From assembly GCA_038257035.1 (NCBI GenBank), contig JBBSJT010000016.1, forward strand, positions 1 to 29,059: a DNA stretch of 29,059 nt, in the 5' to 3' direction. Within the stretch, counting starts at the first letter, position 1. Every line of letters begins with the position of its first letter. Positions 8,195 through 18,069 of this stretch are shown in pieces. The DNA comes from Chlamydiia bacterium (GTDB taxonomy: Bacteria; Chlamydiota; Chlamydiia; Chlamydiales; Parachlamydiaceae). The translations under genes were made by a program, and so were the position numbers. Below the pieces are notes generated by a model that saw only the letters and a program-made list of their open reading frames with translations, was not told where the DNA came from and made no database searches.

Positions 8195-8332
8195 GTCTAA
8201 CCTCCTTAATGTTTTTCTGATAAATTTAAAGCCTTATTGACTAAAATAAACCTCATTATTGCTGCTTAAGGCATTTTACACAACAAAAACAAGCTCACAA
8301 TAGAGCCAAAACACAACATAAGCAAATTTTTA

Positions 8333-9475
8333 CTATATAAACATGTGAATAATAGATAGTTTGTCGCCGAATTCAGAATTTATTTTACGTGCGGATAAAA
8401 TGGATTCAAAAACTCCGTTTATTAACCAGCGTCTATATAGAGAGTGAACGGCTCTAAATGGGGGGTATGAATGCGGTAACTTACGGATTGGGGTTTCAGT
8501 CCTTAAATGATATAAGATACCGTTTAAAACATGCCTTGGATCATGTTGTGAAGGCGCTCCTCTCCTTTTTTTTATTTCAGGTACTTGCAGACATATATTT
8601 TCCCATTCTTCAATTGAAACTTCACTATATTTGCTCTCGCAGTAATTTGGTTTTGTCTTTTTAAATTTACCGATCGGTCTTAAAGATAATGAGCATACAG
8701 TTTTTTTTATTTTTGCCTGTTTCCCAGCCTTTTTAAAAAATCTTGAAACATCGCTAGGTAACAACTGGCCGTAATCTTGATTTGTAAATACGAATAAGGA
8801 ATCGTTTTTTATTAAATTACATAATGGCTGCCATATATATTCTGGAAGTAAATGTGAGACCATATGACTTCCGTGAGAGGTTGTACGGAATAAATGAATA
8901 CACGTTGTTATCCCATCTTCCGGATCTACATCATTCATTTTCATCCGCAACACTTCTTCTAGAGTAATATAATCGTCTCCCGGCTGTAATTCTCTATTTA
9001 GAAACCATAAAATTTCAGCAATCACAGCAGCTTGAAAATTTATTTTTTTAAGGCGGCTTATGAATTTATCATATTCGGATTTTTTTAAAAAACAATACTT
9101 CCGATCAGATCTTCTACTTGATTTTTCTATATTAGTTTTTTTTAAAACTTTTCTTTGAAGTCCCGTCACCCAAGAAATAGGTATATCATTTGCTGTGCAA
9201 AGTTCCTTAACTTCATCGCCTGAAAGCATCCATGGCAAAATCGTTTCTTTAGTGTTTTTATTAATAAATTTAAAGGCCTCTTCACATGATCTTCGTGGCG
9301 GTGAATCTGGTAATTTTTCTCCATCTACAGGAATCAACTGAAATTGATGTAAATATCCATCCTCTCCCAAAGCATTTCTTGGAACATAAAACATGGGGAC
9401 GTTGACCCACCTTCCACGATAATAAGCGAATTGCACTAGATGTAGGTAATCATCCTTCTTCTTTTTTATGGTCAT
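8333..9475 (-). CDS. Fusion protein: degenerate tyrosine-recombinase core plus IS5-family DUF4096-type HTH
   Basis: Middle: FLKKSEYDKF...LEEVLRMKMNDVD...FVF...FKKAGKQAKIKKTVCSLSLRP. C-terminus: VSIEEWENI...RRGAPSQHDPRHVLNGILYHLRT...LPHSYPP...YRRW. AAGGAGG SD. Confidence 0.75.
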   Translation of the reverse strand: MTIKKKKDDYLHLVQFAYYRGRWVNVPMFYVPRNALGEDGYLHQFQLIPVDGEKLPDSPPRRSCEEAFKFINKNTKETILPWMLSGDEVKELCTANDIPISWVTGLQRKVLKKTNIEKSSRRSDRKYCFLKKSEYDKFISRLKKINFQAAVIAEILWFLNRELQPGDDYITLEEVLRMKMNDVDPEDGITTCIHLFRTTSHGSHMVSHLLPEYIWQPLCNLIKNDSLFVFTNQDYGQLLPSDVSRFFKKAGKQAKIKKTVCSLSLRPIGKFKKTKPNYCESKYSEVSIEEWENICLQVPEIKKRRGAPSQHDPRHVLNGILYHLRTETPIRKLPHSYPPFRAVHSLYRRWLINGVFESILSARKINSEFGDKLSIIHMFI

Positions 9476-9490
9476 ATATTTTACCTCCTT

Positions 9491-10555
9491 CTATTTTCTA
9501 CGATTTTGGGATCTTTCTAAAACATCTTTCAAATGACTTTGACTGTAGTGTGCATAACGCCGAGTCATTGCAGGTGATCGATGCCCTAGAATTGCCATTA
9601 ATTCACCTTGAGTTGCTCCTGACATTGCCATATTTGAAGCCGCCGTGTGTCGTAAATCATGAAAGCGGAAGTTCTCAATTCCTGCTTTCTTGACTGCTCT
9701 CTCAAAGGAATCACGAACACAAACTTTTTTCTGCTCCTGTGTATTGTACAAAGATTTAAAGACTAGATCTTCTTTGGCGGCTTTTGGCTTTATGCAATTT
9801 TGAAAAATCAACTTGACCTCATCGGTCATAGGAAGTACACGTCTATCACCATTTTTGGTGCGCTCTAAAATAATTTTAGATTCTTCATAACAAACATCAC
9901 ACACACGAAGTCCTGTGATTTCCCCTAGGCGCATTCCAGTAAATATTGCAAGAGATACAATAGGAAATAGATGAGGATTACGCGATTCCTTACAAGTTTT
10001 TAAAAGTCGCTCTTTTTCTTCAGAACTTAAAAAGCGTTCGCGTCCTTCACCTTCTGACGGTTTAGTTACATTTCGGATAGGGCTATCTTCTAACCATCCC
10101 CATTCCTTTACTGTTACTGCTAAAGCCTTACCTAAAGCACTTAAATAACGATTAACAGTGCTTGGACTGCGTAATCTACCCCGAACAGTTGTTTCACTTA
10201 GCAGATGATCGCGACCGCTTGCAATGACTGCTGTTGTGAGATCCGCAAGCAGGAGATGACCGCACCTTTGCTTCCACCAATTCAAAAGACTTGTTTGTTT
10301 TTCTTGACGGCCGGGATACTTAATAAGCCATTGTTCAACAAAACGATCGATCATTTCATTAACAGTATGCCGCTTTGCCTCGACTGTTTTAAAATGCCGA
10401 CCATCACGAATCCCACTTTCAACATCTTGGATCCATTTTTTTGCTAAAGTGCGGGTACGAAAAGAAGCTCGTTGTGGTAAATGTCCCCTTAACCTCACTT
10501 CGGCATGGTATGAACTGCTACCATCTTTGCGAACGCATTCACGAATCGTTCCCAT
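9491..10555 (-). CDS. Site-specific tyrosine integrase
   Basis: TGMRLGEI, FRFHDLRH and LGHRSPAMTRRY give a full catalytic set; N-terminal arm-binding beta domain; AGGAGG SD. Confidence 0.95.
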   Translation of the reverse strand: MGTIRECVRKDGSSSYHAEVRLRGHLPQRASFRTRTLAKKWIQDVESGIRDGRHFKTVEAKRHTVNEMIDRFVEQWLIKYPGRQEKQTSLLNWWKQRCGHLLLADLTTAVIASGRDHLLSETTVRGRLRSPSTVNRYLSALGKALAVTVKEWGWLEDSPIRNVTKPSEGEGRERFLSSEEKERLLKTCKESRNPHLFPIVSLAIFTGMRLGEITGLRVCDVCYEESKIILERTKNGDRRVLPMTDEVKLIFQNCIKPKAAKEDLVFKSLYNTQEQKKVCVRDSFERAVKKAGIENFRFHDLRHTAASNMAMSGATQGELMAILGHRSPAMTRRYAHYSQSHLKDVLERSQNRRK

Positions 10556-10685
10556 GACGACCTCCTATAAAACTGAATAATGTAAAAAAGATTAGAATAA
10601 AGGACAACAAGAGATTAACAATCCCTAGCTTTATTTGCTTTTGATACTCATGTGAGTAAACTTTTGGATGAATTTTTCTTTTGAT

Positions 10686-10938
10686 TACGCACTTTTTACG
10701 CATTTTAAGATAAAATTTGACACATAAGGACAGTAATGAATAGAAACTGGCAAAGACTGCCACGCTTGTCACGTTGAAAAAAAAACAGATGTGTGACATA
10801 AAATCCACTGTAATGCCACTTTTGTCACGCGCGTCACGCGAAGAAAAGAAAGACAATGGCAAACATAAAGAGAAAATCTTTAAAGAAAAAGTTTGATTTG
10901 TGCTGGTTTGTTTTGGCGGAGTGCGTAAAAATTGCGTA
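10686..10938. repeat. Attachment-arm region: inverted pair of tandem TGCGTA sites flanking a 9-bp-period GYCAC repeat cluster
   Basis: TACGCACTTTTTACGCA (10686-10702) is the reverse complement of TGCGTAAAAATTGCGTA (10922-10938) at 16/17; YGYCAC at 10758, 10767, 10814, 10823 and 10832. Confidence 0.7.
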
Positions 10939-11002
10939 CGCAGAGATAAAAAACTTAATTTTAAATATGAATTAATGTATCTAAGGAACTGAGAATAAAG
11001 GA

Positions 11003-11085
11003 TGCTCGGAGCCGGACTCGAACCGGCACAGGATTGCTCCCGAGGGATTTTAAGTCCCTTGTGTCTACCATTTCACCACCCGAGC
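11003..11085 (-). tRNA. tRNA-Leu (anticodon TAA), CCA not encoded
   Basis: GCTCGGG/CCGAGC acceptor stem, AGGGA-CTTAAAA-TCCCT anticodon arm, long variable arm, GGTTCGAGTCC T-loop. Confidence 0.97.
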
Positions 11086-11101
11086 GGATGATTAAAGCAA
11101 G

Positions 11102-11131
11102 AAGATAACGTTTTTGATATTTTTAAGTCAA
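11102..11131 (-). promoter_or_regulatory. tRNA promoter
   Basis: TTGACT-N18-TATCTT. Confidence 0.6.
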
Positions 11132-11132
11132 T

Positions 11133-11173
11133 AAAAATTAATCCCTCTGCAAAATAAATTGCAGAGGGATTAA
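11133..11173 (-). terminator. Intrinsic terminator of gap-grgA
   Basis: Perfect 15-bp stem TTAATCCCTCTGCAA/TTGCAGAGGGATTAA followed by a T-run on the minus strand. Confidence 0.85.
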
Positions 11174-11177
11174 ATAA

Positions 11178-12110
11178 TCAGCTGTCATCACGTTTTGGAG
11201 CCGAATAATCAGTTTCAGGAAACTTTTCTTCGCCAAAATGTGCAGTCGATGGCATGTCATCATTTTCTTTTAGAAATGGACGATTTGCTCTTTGCTTATA
11301 GATTTCTTCTTCTTCAGCCTCTGTAGATTCAAAAGAACCATATTCAGGTACTGCAAGAGGTGGAATAAGCGCTGAGATTTCTAAAGGATCAGTTTCTATG
11401 GTTTCTAAGGGATTTGGGGCAAGTTCTTGGTTTTCACCACATTGCTCACGCATTGCCACTTCTTCTTTCGTATAAAAAGCTCCTTTAAAAAGAGCGTTGT
11501 CCTTATACCTTGCAATCGTTTCGGAAATCAACATAGGTGGTGGAGCTAACATAACCGATGGATTAGGTCTTGGCGCAGCCTCTGCAGCAGGAGTGTTTGA
11601 AACGATTGGCTCGCCATTCTCGTTTTCAGCAACTTCACCTTCTACAGTGGAGTCATCCTGACGACCACGACGACGTCTGTATTGTCTACGCTTATCTTTC
11701 TTACGTCCATCACCTTTTGCATCGGCCGCAACTTCAGCAGCTTCCTGTGCAGGTTTTACACTTTCCACCTCGACTACTTGCGGAACTTGCTTTTCTTGAA
11801 CTGGCTCTTTAACCTGTTTTACATTGCTTTCACGACCACCACCAATTTTAATGGAACGATCTAGACCAACGTTTTTCAAGACCATTCTGGCCTCTCTCAC
11901 TTCTAATACTTCGTAATCGGTCGCAGGAACCATAAAAGCCTTTGGTCGCTCTTGTGAGCGATAAAAGACAGAATTTCCAAACGTTATGACTTCGACTGAA
12001 TCAACAAAATATTCTTCCTGTCCGCCAGCTTTACTGCTGCGAACAACTAATTTAGAACCCTCTTTTGGGGTTACTACTGTTTCTATGATTGGTTCTCGCG
12101 TAAAATCCAC
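11178..12110 (-). CDS. grgA: Chlamydial transcription activator GrgA (CT504 family)
   Basis: N-terminal FTREPIIETVVTPKEG.KL.VR...DYEVLEVRE, central K/R-rich patch, acidic tail; syntenic downstream of gapA as in Chlamydia. Confidence 0.85.
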   Translation of the reverse strand: MDFTREPIIETVVTPKEGSKLVVRSSKAGGQEEYFVDSVEVITFGNSVFYRSQERPKAFMVPATDYEVLEVREARMVLKNVGLDRSIKIGGGRESNVKQVKEPVQEKQVPQVVEVESVKPAQEAAEVAADAKGDGRKKDKRRQYRRRRGRQDDSTVEGEVAENENGEPIVSNTPAAEAAPRPNPSVMLAPPPMLISETIARYKDNALFKGAFYTKEEVAMREQCGENQELAPNPLETIETDPLEISALIPPLAVPEYGSFESTEAEEEEIYKQRANRPFLKENDDMPSTAHFGEEKFPETDYSAPKRDDS

Positions 12111-12146
12111 TGTAATTTCAATCCTTCGTATTTTTTATTATTTCAA

Positions 12147-13160
12147 TCATGCGGATTTTTCTTTTGATGCCATGTATGTTAAAAAATCAACACAGCGGCT
12201 GGCATAACCCATTTCATTGTCATACCAGGCGACAATCTTATAAAAGGTTTCATTTAAAGCTATTCCCGCATGTTTATCAAATATTGCTGAATGGGTAGAT
12301 CCTATAAAATCTGAAGAAACAAGGAGTTCGTCGCAATAGCGAAGAATACCCTTCATATACCCATCAGCTGCTTTTTTCATTGCATCACAAATATCTTCAT
12401 AATTTGTTTTTGTCGCTAAACGAACGGTTAAATCAACAACCGAAACATCAGCTATCGGCACTCTTAATGCCATTCCGGTAAGTTTGCCTTTGATTTCCGG
12501 AATGCATAAAGCTACAGCAATTGCAGCTCCTGTGGATGCCGGGATAATATTCTGACAAGCACCCCTACCGCCGCGCCAATCTTTTTTTGAAGGCCCATCA
12601 ACTGTCGGTTGAGTTGCTGTCACTGCATGTATCGTGGTCATCAAACCCTCTTCTATTCCAAAATTATCTAACAAAACCTTAATGATCGGTGCTAGACAAT
12701 TTGTTGTACAAGAAGCATTCGAGATTATTTTATCCGTTTCCGGGTTGTATTTTTCCTGATTCACTCCCATTACAAATGTGGGAACACCTGTTTTAGCAGG
12801 TGCTGTAATTAACACGCGCTTAGCACCGGCGTCTAAATGCTTACTGCTAAGTTCAAGTGTTGTAAAATGTCCTGTAGATTCCACTACATAATCAATGTTT
12901 AAATCCTTCCATGGCAGACGTTCCGGATCCCTTTCGGAATAAACCTTAACTTCTTTGCCATCAACAACAAGCAAATCATCTTTAGCTTCCACATGGTCCT
13001 CAAATATGCCATGAGTCGAGTCATATTTGAGCAAATAAGCTAAATTATCTGCAGGTACAAGATCATTAATGGCAACAATTCGTATATCTTTTGATTTTGC
13101 GGCTAACCGAAAAATCAAACGTCCAATTCGACCAAACCCATTAATTGCTATATTGACCAT
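12147..13160 (-). CDS. gap: Type I glyceraldehyde-3-phosphate dehydrogenase
   Basis: [24 protein letters not shown]. Confidence 0.98.
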   Translation of the reverse strand: MVNIAINGFGRIGRLIFRLAAKSKDIRIVAINDLVPADNLAYLLKYDSTHGIFEDHVEAKDDLLVVDGKEVKVYSERDPERLPWKDLNIDYVVESTGHFTTLELSSKHLDAGAKRVLITAPAKTGVPTFVMGVNQEKYNPETDKIISNASCTTNCLAPIIKVLLDNFGIEEGLMTTIHAVTATQPTVDGPSKKDWRGGRGACQNIIPASTGAAIAVALCIPEIKGKLTGMALRVPIADVSVVDLTVRLATKTNYEDICDAMKKAADGYMKGILRYCDELLVSSDFIGSTHSAIFDKHAGIALNETFYKIVAWYDNEMGYASRCVDFLTYMASKEKSA

Positions 13161-13234
13161 AGTGATGCCACCTTTTTATTCATATGATTATCTCTAGTAT
13201 CAGTGAGATAAAACAGCTGTTGTTCATAGGCAGG

Positions 13235-13263
13235 ATCATAAACAATTGAATTGAGAATGTAAA
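13235..13263 (-). promoter_or_regulatory. gap promoter
   Basis: TTTACA-N17-TATGAT. Confidence 0.6.
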
Positions 13264-13525
13264 GAAAAGAATGAATATAGAGAAAGGAAATATACTACTT
13301 GAAGAATGAATCTAAACTTAGACTGTCAATTGACATCAGGAAATTCTTTCAAAACTTATATTTCCTCGCCAAATAGAATCATTTTAGAGAAAAAAAGCTT
13401 TGAAAGAAGTTATATGCCTTATTTTAGAAGGGCTGTGAAGTAGTAAATTTCCATGGCTTTTTCTTAAAAAGCAGCCTCCGAATCCTTTCTCCACAGCACT
13501 TTAGCCAATAAATGCACTATTCACA

Positions 13526-13954
13526 CTATTCTGGTAGATACTCAATAACGCAAGTTTGAGCATTATCGCCTTTACGTCTACCACTTTTGATAATACGAGT
13601 ATAACCTCCGTTACGGGAAGCAAATCGCACACCTAAAACTCCAAACAACTTGTCTACTACAGTTCTATCTGTGTTATAAGCAGATGTATTGCCTTCGCGG
13701 GCAGCACGTTTTTCTTTATCAGTTAGTGTATTGAAACGGATCATTAATTCGCCAATTGCACGGCGACGAGATGCCAACGTATTTTTCTTAGCTAAAGTAA
13801 TCATTCCATCAGCATAACGTCTTAACGCTTTAGCTTTTGGGACCGTTGTTTCGATACGTTCATTGTCAATTAATGATTTTAACATGTTAGCAAACATACA
13901 ACGTCGATGTGATGACGTCCTGTTTAATTTGCATGTGTCTTTTAAATGTCTCAT
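13526..13954 (-). CDS. rplQ: 50S ribosomal protein L17
   Basis: [20 protein letters not shown]; chlamydial-type insertion. Confidence 0.97.
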   Translation of the reverse strand: MRHLKDTCKLNRTSSHRRCMFANMLKSLIDNERIETTVPKAKALRRYADGMITLAKKNTLASRRRAIGELMIRFNTLTDKEKRAAREGNTSAYNTDRTVVDKLFGVLGVRFASRNGGYTRIIKSGRRKGDNAQTCVIEYLPE

Positions 13955-13968
13955 ACTTATTACCTTAA

Positions 13969-15111
13969 TTACTCTTCTTTTCGGGCGTATTCTTTTTTAC
14001 TTTTTCTCTCTTCCTGATACTGCTTGATCTTCTCTTTAGAATTGTCAGGTGTAATCCCATAACGCGAAAGATCCATGCCAAGCGATAAGTTCATCTCGTG
14101 CAATTTAGCCTTGATCTCGTTAAGAGATTTTTTACCAAAGTTTCTAAATTCCAACATTTTTCGTTCAGGTATCGAAACTAATTCAGCAATTGTATCGATG
14201 TTTGCTCCACTTAAGCAATTTGTTGAACGTACAGATAGTTCGATTTCATCAATTCTTAAGCAAAGCTTATCGATCATCTCATCACTACCAATATCATCAT
14301 CACTAAAACCTTCATCAAATGATAGGGCGTGTTGCTGAATTTGATCAAAAACTTCAAAATGCTTAGAGCCAATCTGTGCTGCAAAAGTTACAGCTTCCAA
14401 AGGCGTTACACGTCCATCAGTTTTAACTTCAAGGATCAAGCGATCAAAATCAGTATCTTGACCAACACGTGTATTTTCAACATAATAATTGACCATACGC
14501 ACAGGTGAAAACGCTGAGTCGATTAAGATCTCATCAGAAGTTTTATCACGTACAAGATGACGCTCGGAAGGAACATATCCACGACCGATCGCTATACGTA
14601 AATCAACTTGACGCTTTGTAGGTTTCGTTACAGAAAAAAGATGGAGGTTCGGATTAACAACTTCGTAATTTCCACTTTTTACAATATGCCCCAAGGTCAC
14701 ATTAAACTGTCCGTTATTCTGATCTAGATCTTCTTGAGTTACTTCCAGTACTGTAGTTAAAATTCTAGTCTCTCTTGCATGAATATCCGTATCCATCGTC
14801 AGCTTGCGCAAAAGAGCACCTTTGATGTTAAGAATGATATTTGTCATATCTTCGATAATACCTTCAACAGCCATGTACTCGTGAAAAATACCTTCAATTC
14901 TAACAGATATGATCGCCGGAGCCTCAAGAGAGGACAACATCATGCGACGCATAGAATTCCCTAAAGTATGCCCAAAACCACGCTCAAAAGGCTCGACAAT
15001 AAAGCGTGCATAAAACTGCTTAGCATTTGCCTGCACGTTATGTTGCTCTGCATTTTTTTCATCAATGGAAATTTTATGAGGCATTTCAAACTTGCCATAT
15101 TTAATTGTCAT
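13969..15111 (-). CDS. rpoA: RNA polymerase alpha subunit
   Basis: [30 protein letters not shown]. Confidence 0.98.
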   Translation of the reverse strand: MTIKYGKFEMPHKISIDEKNAEQHNVQANAKQFYARFIVEPFERGFGHTLGNSMRRMMLSSLEAPAIISVRIEGIFHEYMAVEGIIEDMTNIILNIKGALLRKLTMDTDIHARETRILTTVLEVTQEDLDQNNGQFNVTLGHIVKSGNYEVVNPNLHLFSVTKPTKRQVDLRIAIGRGYVPSERHLVRDKTSDEILIDSAFSPVRMVNYYVENTRVGQDTDFDRLILEVKTDGRVTPLEAVTFAAQIGSKHFEVFDQIQQHALSFDEGFSDDDIGSDEMIDKLCLRIDEIELSVRSTNCLSGANIDTIAELVSIPERKMLEFRNFGKKSLNEIKAKLHEMNLSLGMDLSRYGITPDNSKEKIKQYQEERKSKKEYARKEE

Positions 15112-15156
15112 GATGCGACTCCTGATAAATTCATAATAAGTAAAATTCCGATTGGG

Positions 15157-15567
15157 TTACACACGTCTACGTTTACGTGGACGGCATCCGTTGTGCGGAA
15201 CTGGCGTTGTGTCTCTAATAGCTGTAATTGTTAATCCGGCACTTTGTAGTCCACGTACTGCAGATTCACGACCAGCTCCTGGTCCTCTTAAGTTCACTTC
15301 AACTTCTCTCATTCCTTGAGAAGCTGCATTACGTCCTGCGTCTTGAGCAGCAACAGTTGCAGCAAAAGCTGATGATTTTCTTGAACCGGAAAAGTTAACT
15401 TTACCTGCTGATGCCCAAGAAATCACATGTCCGGAAGGGTCTGTAATGGAGACGATTGTATTGTTAAAAGTCGCTTTTACATGCGCAATTCCAGATGGAA
15501 TATTTTGCGTATTTTTTTTTCGTGTTTTTACAGTTTTTTTCTGCATTTGTTCAGATTGCTTAGCCAA
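15157..15567 (-). CDS. rpsK: 30S ribosomal protein S11
   Basis: [24 protein letters not shown] start. Confidence 0.98.
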   Translation of the reverse strand: MAKQSEQMQKKTVKTRKKNTQNIPSGIAHVKATFNNTIVSITDPSGHVISWASAGKVNFSGSRKSSAFAATVAAQDAGRNAASQGMREVEVNLRGPGAGRESAVRGLQSAGLTITAIRDTTPVPHNGCRPRKRRRV

Positions 15568-15587
15568 GTTAAGGACTCCTCTTTACA

Positions 15588-15956
15588 TTATTTTTTCTTG
15601 TTTGCAACAGTTTTACGCTTACCTTTGCGAGTTCTAGCGTTTGTTCGCGATCTCTGTCCTCTAACCGGCAATCCAAGACGATGCCTCATTCCACGATAAG
15701 AGTGGATATTCACTAAACGTTTGATATTACTTTGAATTTGACGACGAAGGTCACCTTCAACCATATACTCAGCTTGCAAGAGGTTACCCAAACGTGCAAT
15801 ATCATCCTGTGTCAATTTATTAGCTCGCATATTGCGATCTAATTGTAACTTTTCTATAACTTCGTTAGATAAACAACGACCAATGCCATAAATGTATGTC
15901 AGGCTTATTTCTAATCGTTTATTATCCGGTATGTCTATACCGATAACTCTAGGCAT
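15588..15956 (-). CDS. rpsM: 30S ribosomal protein S13
   Basis: LTYIYGIG, GLPVRGQR. Confidence 0.98.
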   Translation of the reverse strand: MPRVIGIDIPDNKRLEISLTYIYGIGRCLSNEVIEKLQLDRNMRANKLTQDDIARLGNLLQAEYMVEGDLRRQIQSNIKRLVNIHSYRGMRHRLGLPVRGQRSRTNARTRKGKRKTVANKKK

Positions 15957-15989
15957 TGAATACTCCTACAATTTTCCTTGAATTTTAAT

Positions 15990-16018
15990 AATATACCACA
16001 TTTCTGCATTATATGCAA
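15990..16018 (-). promoter_or_regulatory. alpha-operon (rpsM) promoter
   Basis: TTGCAT-N17-TATATT with TG extension. Confidence 0.65.
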
Positions 16019-16045
16019 AGGGTATTTTTACTTCTTTTAAGCGAC

Positions 16046-17416
16046 TTAACGGCCGCTAGTTTTTCCACGCTTCATAAACCCATCATATCGCTTCATAATC
16101 AGATGAGATTCAATCTGCTTCATAGTGTCGAGCACAACGCCGACCAAGATTAGCAACGCTGTTCCACCAAAGAAATAACTGATCGTTTGTGGTATTCCAA
16201 GAACACGACCAACAATATTTGGTAAAATAGCAATGATTGCCAAAAAGATGGCTCCTATTAGCGTTATACGATTCATCGTCATCTCTAAATATTCTTGAGT
16301 TGGCTTCCCCTGTCTAATTCCCGGTATAAAAGCTCCATTTTTTTTCATATCTGAGGCAATTTGATCGGGTTTAAACTGAGTAGCAGTCCAAAAATAAGTA
16401 AAGAAGATGATCAAGCTAACAAAAAAGATCATATAAAGCGATGTTCCAGGTGATATCCAGCTACCAATTTCACCAAGTATATTTCCTGTACCAACAAAAG
16501 CACTTAGAGTTGCAGGAAACATTAATAATGAAGAGGCAAAAATAACCGGAATAACACCAGCATAATTAATTTTAAGTGGAATATATGATGTTCCACCTTG
16601 TACTTCATTTCTTCCAACGATGCGTCTTGCATATTGTAAGGGTATGCGTCTGTTACCTTGAATAATGAGTATCGTTGCAATGGTTACCAGAACAAAAACT
16701 GCCGAAATTACCATAATACTAGCAAAATTCATTTGGCCCGGTACTTGAGAGTCCAAATTCAGTTGCTGTAAAATCATTCCAAAAGCTGTTGGTAGCTGCG
16801 ATACAATACCCAACATGATAATCAAGCTCATCCCATTACCAATACCGTATTCGGTAATTTGCTCTCCAATCCACATCAAAATCATCGTTCCTGTGGTCAT
16901 TGTGAACATTACAATCACATAAAAAAGCACCGGCATTCCAAACAGTTGCATTTCTAAGAGTTCACCAGTGACTATACCTGGACGTGAATAATTCATCTGA
17001 ATTGCATATTTGGCAAATAGACCAGACTGTAAAAATGAAAGTGCGATCGTTAAAAATCTTGTCATCTTGTTGATTTTTCTGCGGCCCTGCTCTTGATTTT
17101 CTCGTACTTCGCGTTGAAGCGACGGCCAAAGAGCAACAAGAAGCTGCATAATAATAGATGCTGATATATATGGCATAACACCAAGGGCAATAACGGTCAT
17201 TTGCGAAAATGCCCCACCCGAAAATATATCAACCATTTGAAATAAATTTTGTCCGCCACCGGTTGCATGACGAAAAAAACTGACGGCAATTTCACCATTG
17301 ATACCAGGAACTGGAATAAATCCACCAATCCTGCATACCACTAACATTAATAACGTAAAGATTATCTTTGATTTGAGTTCAGCTACTTGAAATATTTTTT
17401 GCAATTCTCGAAGCAT
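16046..17416 (-). CDS. secY: Preprotein translocase SecY
   Basis: [37 protein letters not shown]. Confidence 0.98.
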   Translation of the reverse strand: MLRELQKIFQVAELKSKIIFTLLMLVVCRIGGFIPVPGINGEIAVSFFRHATGGGQNLFQMVDIFSGGAFSQMTVIALGVMPYISASIIMQLLVALWPSLQREVRENQEQGRRKINKMTRFLTIALSFLQSGLFAKYAIQMNYSRPGIVTGELLEMQLFGMPVLFYVIVMFTMTTGTMILMWIGEQITEYGIGNGMSLIIMLGIVSQLPTAFGMILQQLNLDSQVPGQMNFASIMVISAVFVLVTIATILIIQGNRRIPLQYARRIVGRNEVQGGTSYIPLKINYAGVIPVIFASSLLMFPATLSAFVGTGNILGEIGSWISPGTSLYMIFFVSLIIFFTYFWTATQFKPDQIASDMKKNGAFIPGIRQGKPTQEYLEMTMNRITLIGAIFLAIIAILPNIVGRVLGIPQTISYFFGGTALLILVGVVLDTMKQIESHLIMKRYDGFMKRGKTSGR

Positions 17417-17589
17417 TTTTCCGCCTTAAATCAGATGGTTAATAAATCATATCTACAATATACAGAATTTGAACTTAAAAAAATTTGATGGTGGGGGCCA
17501 AGGGGTGTACCTAAAAGCTAAAACTTAAAGGTACATTCCTGGACCGACTTCGTAGTACCTTTAAATAATACTAGAAGTCTATATTCCAT

Positions 17590-18069
17590 TTATTCTTTCA
17601 CGGTAAAAGGAATTTTTGCAAGTTCCAGTTTTTGCTTTGCGGACTCGCTAACAGAATGTACATTTAATGTAACTTTCTTTGTCAACTCGCCAGTTCCTAA
17701 AACTTTAATTCCATTGCTTGTTTTTGTAAAAAAACCTTTTGAAATTAGAGTTTCTAGATCGACGATGTCCCCATCTTTAAACACAGCATCAATCTGACCT
17801 AAATTAATAGAATCAAGACGCTTTGCAAAGCGAACATTACTAAATCCGCGAATCGGCATTTTCATGTACGTTCTGAACTGACCACCTTCGTAAGTATCAC
17901 GTCTTTTCCAACCTGATCTTGCTCCGGCACCCTTTTCTCCACGTCCACAAGTTTTACCTTTTCCGCAACCAGGTCCACGACCTTTTCTGCGTACTTTTTT
18001 GCGATAACGTGTTACGTCAGCAAGTGAATTTAAATTGCTTATAGAAGTATTTTTTTGATTGATGCTCAT
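17590..18069 (-). CDS. rplO: 50S ribosomal protein L15
   Basis: GRGPGCGKGKTCGRGEKG, EGGQ. Confidence 0.97.
   Translation of the reverse strand: MSINQKNTSISNLNSLADVTRYRKKVRRKGRGPGCGKGKTCGRGEKGAGARSGWKRRDTYEGGQFRTYMKMPIRGFSNVRFAKRLDSINLGQIDAVFKDGDIVDLETLISKGFFTKTSNGIKVLGTGELTKKVTLNVHSVSESAKQKLELAKIPFTVKE

Larger units (their letters stand above)
1..11002 (-). mobile_element. tRNA-Leu-integrated genomic island, phage-satellite-like (P4/PICI-like); left boundary outside the window or decayed
   Basis: Tyrosine integrase ~450 bp downstream of the tRNA-Leu 3' end, followed on the same strand by an excisionase-like gene, a DUF927 helicase, a primase and small hypothetical genes. No capsid, tail or conjugation genes seen. 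No duplicate of the tRNA 3' end found by eye in 1-11000. Confidence 0.85.

Noticed and set aside
8333..8630. Intact IS5 insertion
   Set aside because: Only the N-terminal HTH is present, fused in frame; no DDE ORF, terminal repeats or target duplication seen.
10539..10862. 107-aa minus-strand ORF upstream of the integrase
   Set aside because: It overlies the att-arm repeats and the int promoter/SD, has low-complexity composition and shows no recognisable motif.
1..10900. Second att site (duplicate of the tRNA-Leu 3' end)
   Set aside because: No match found by eye; the boundary is probably outside the window or eroded.
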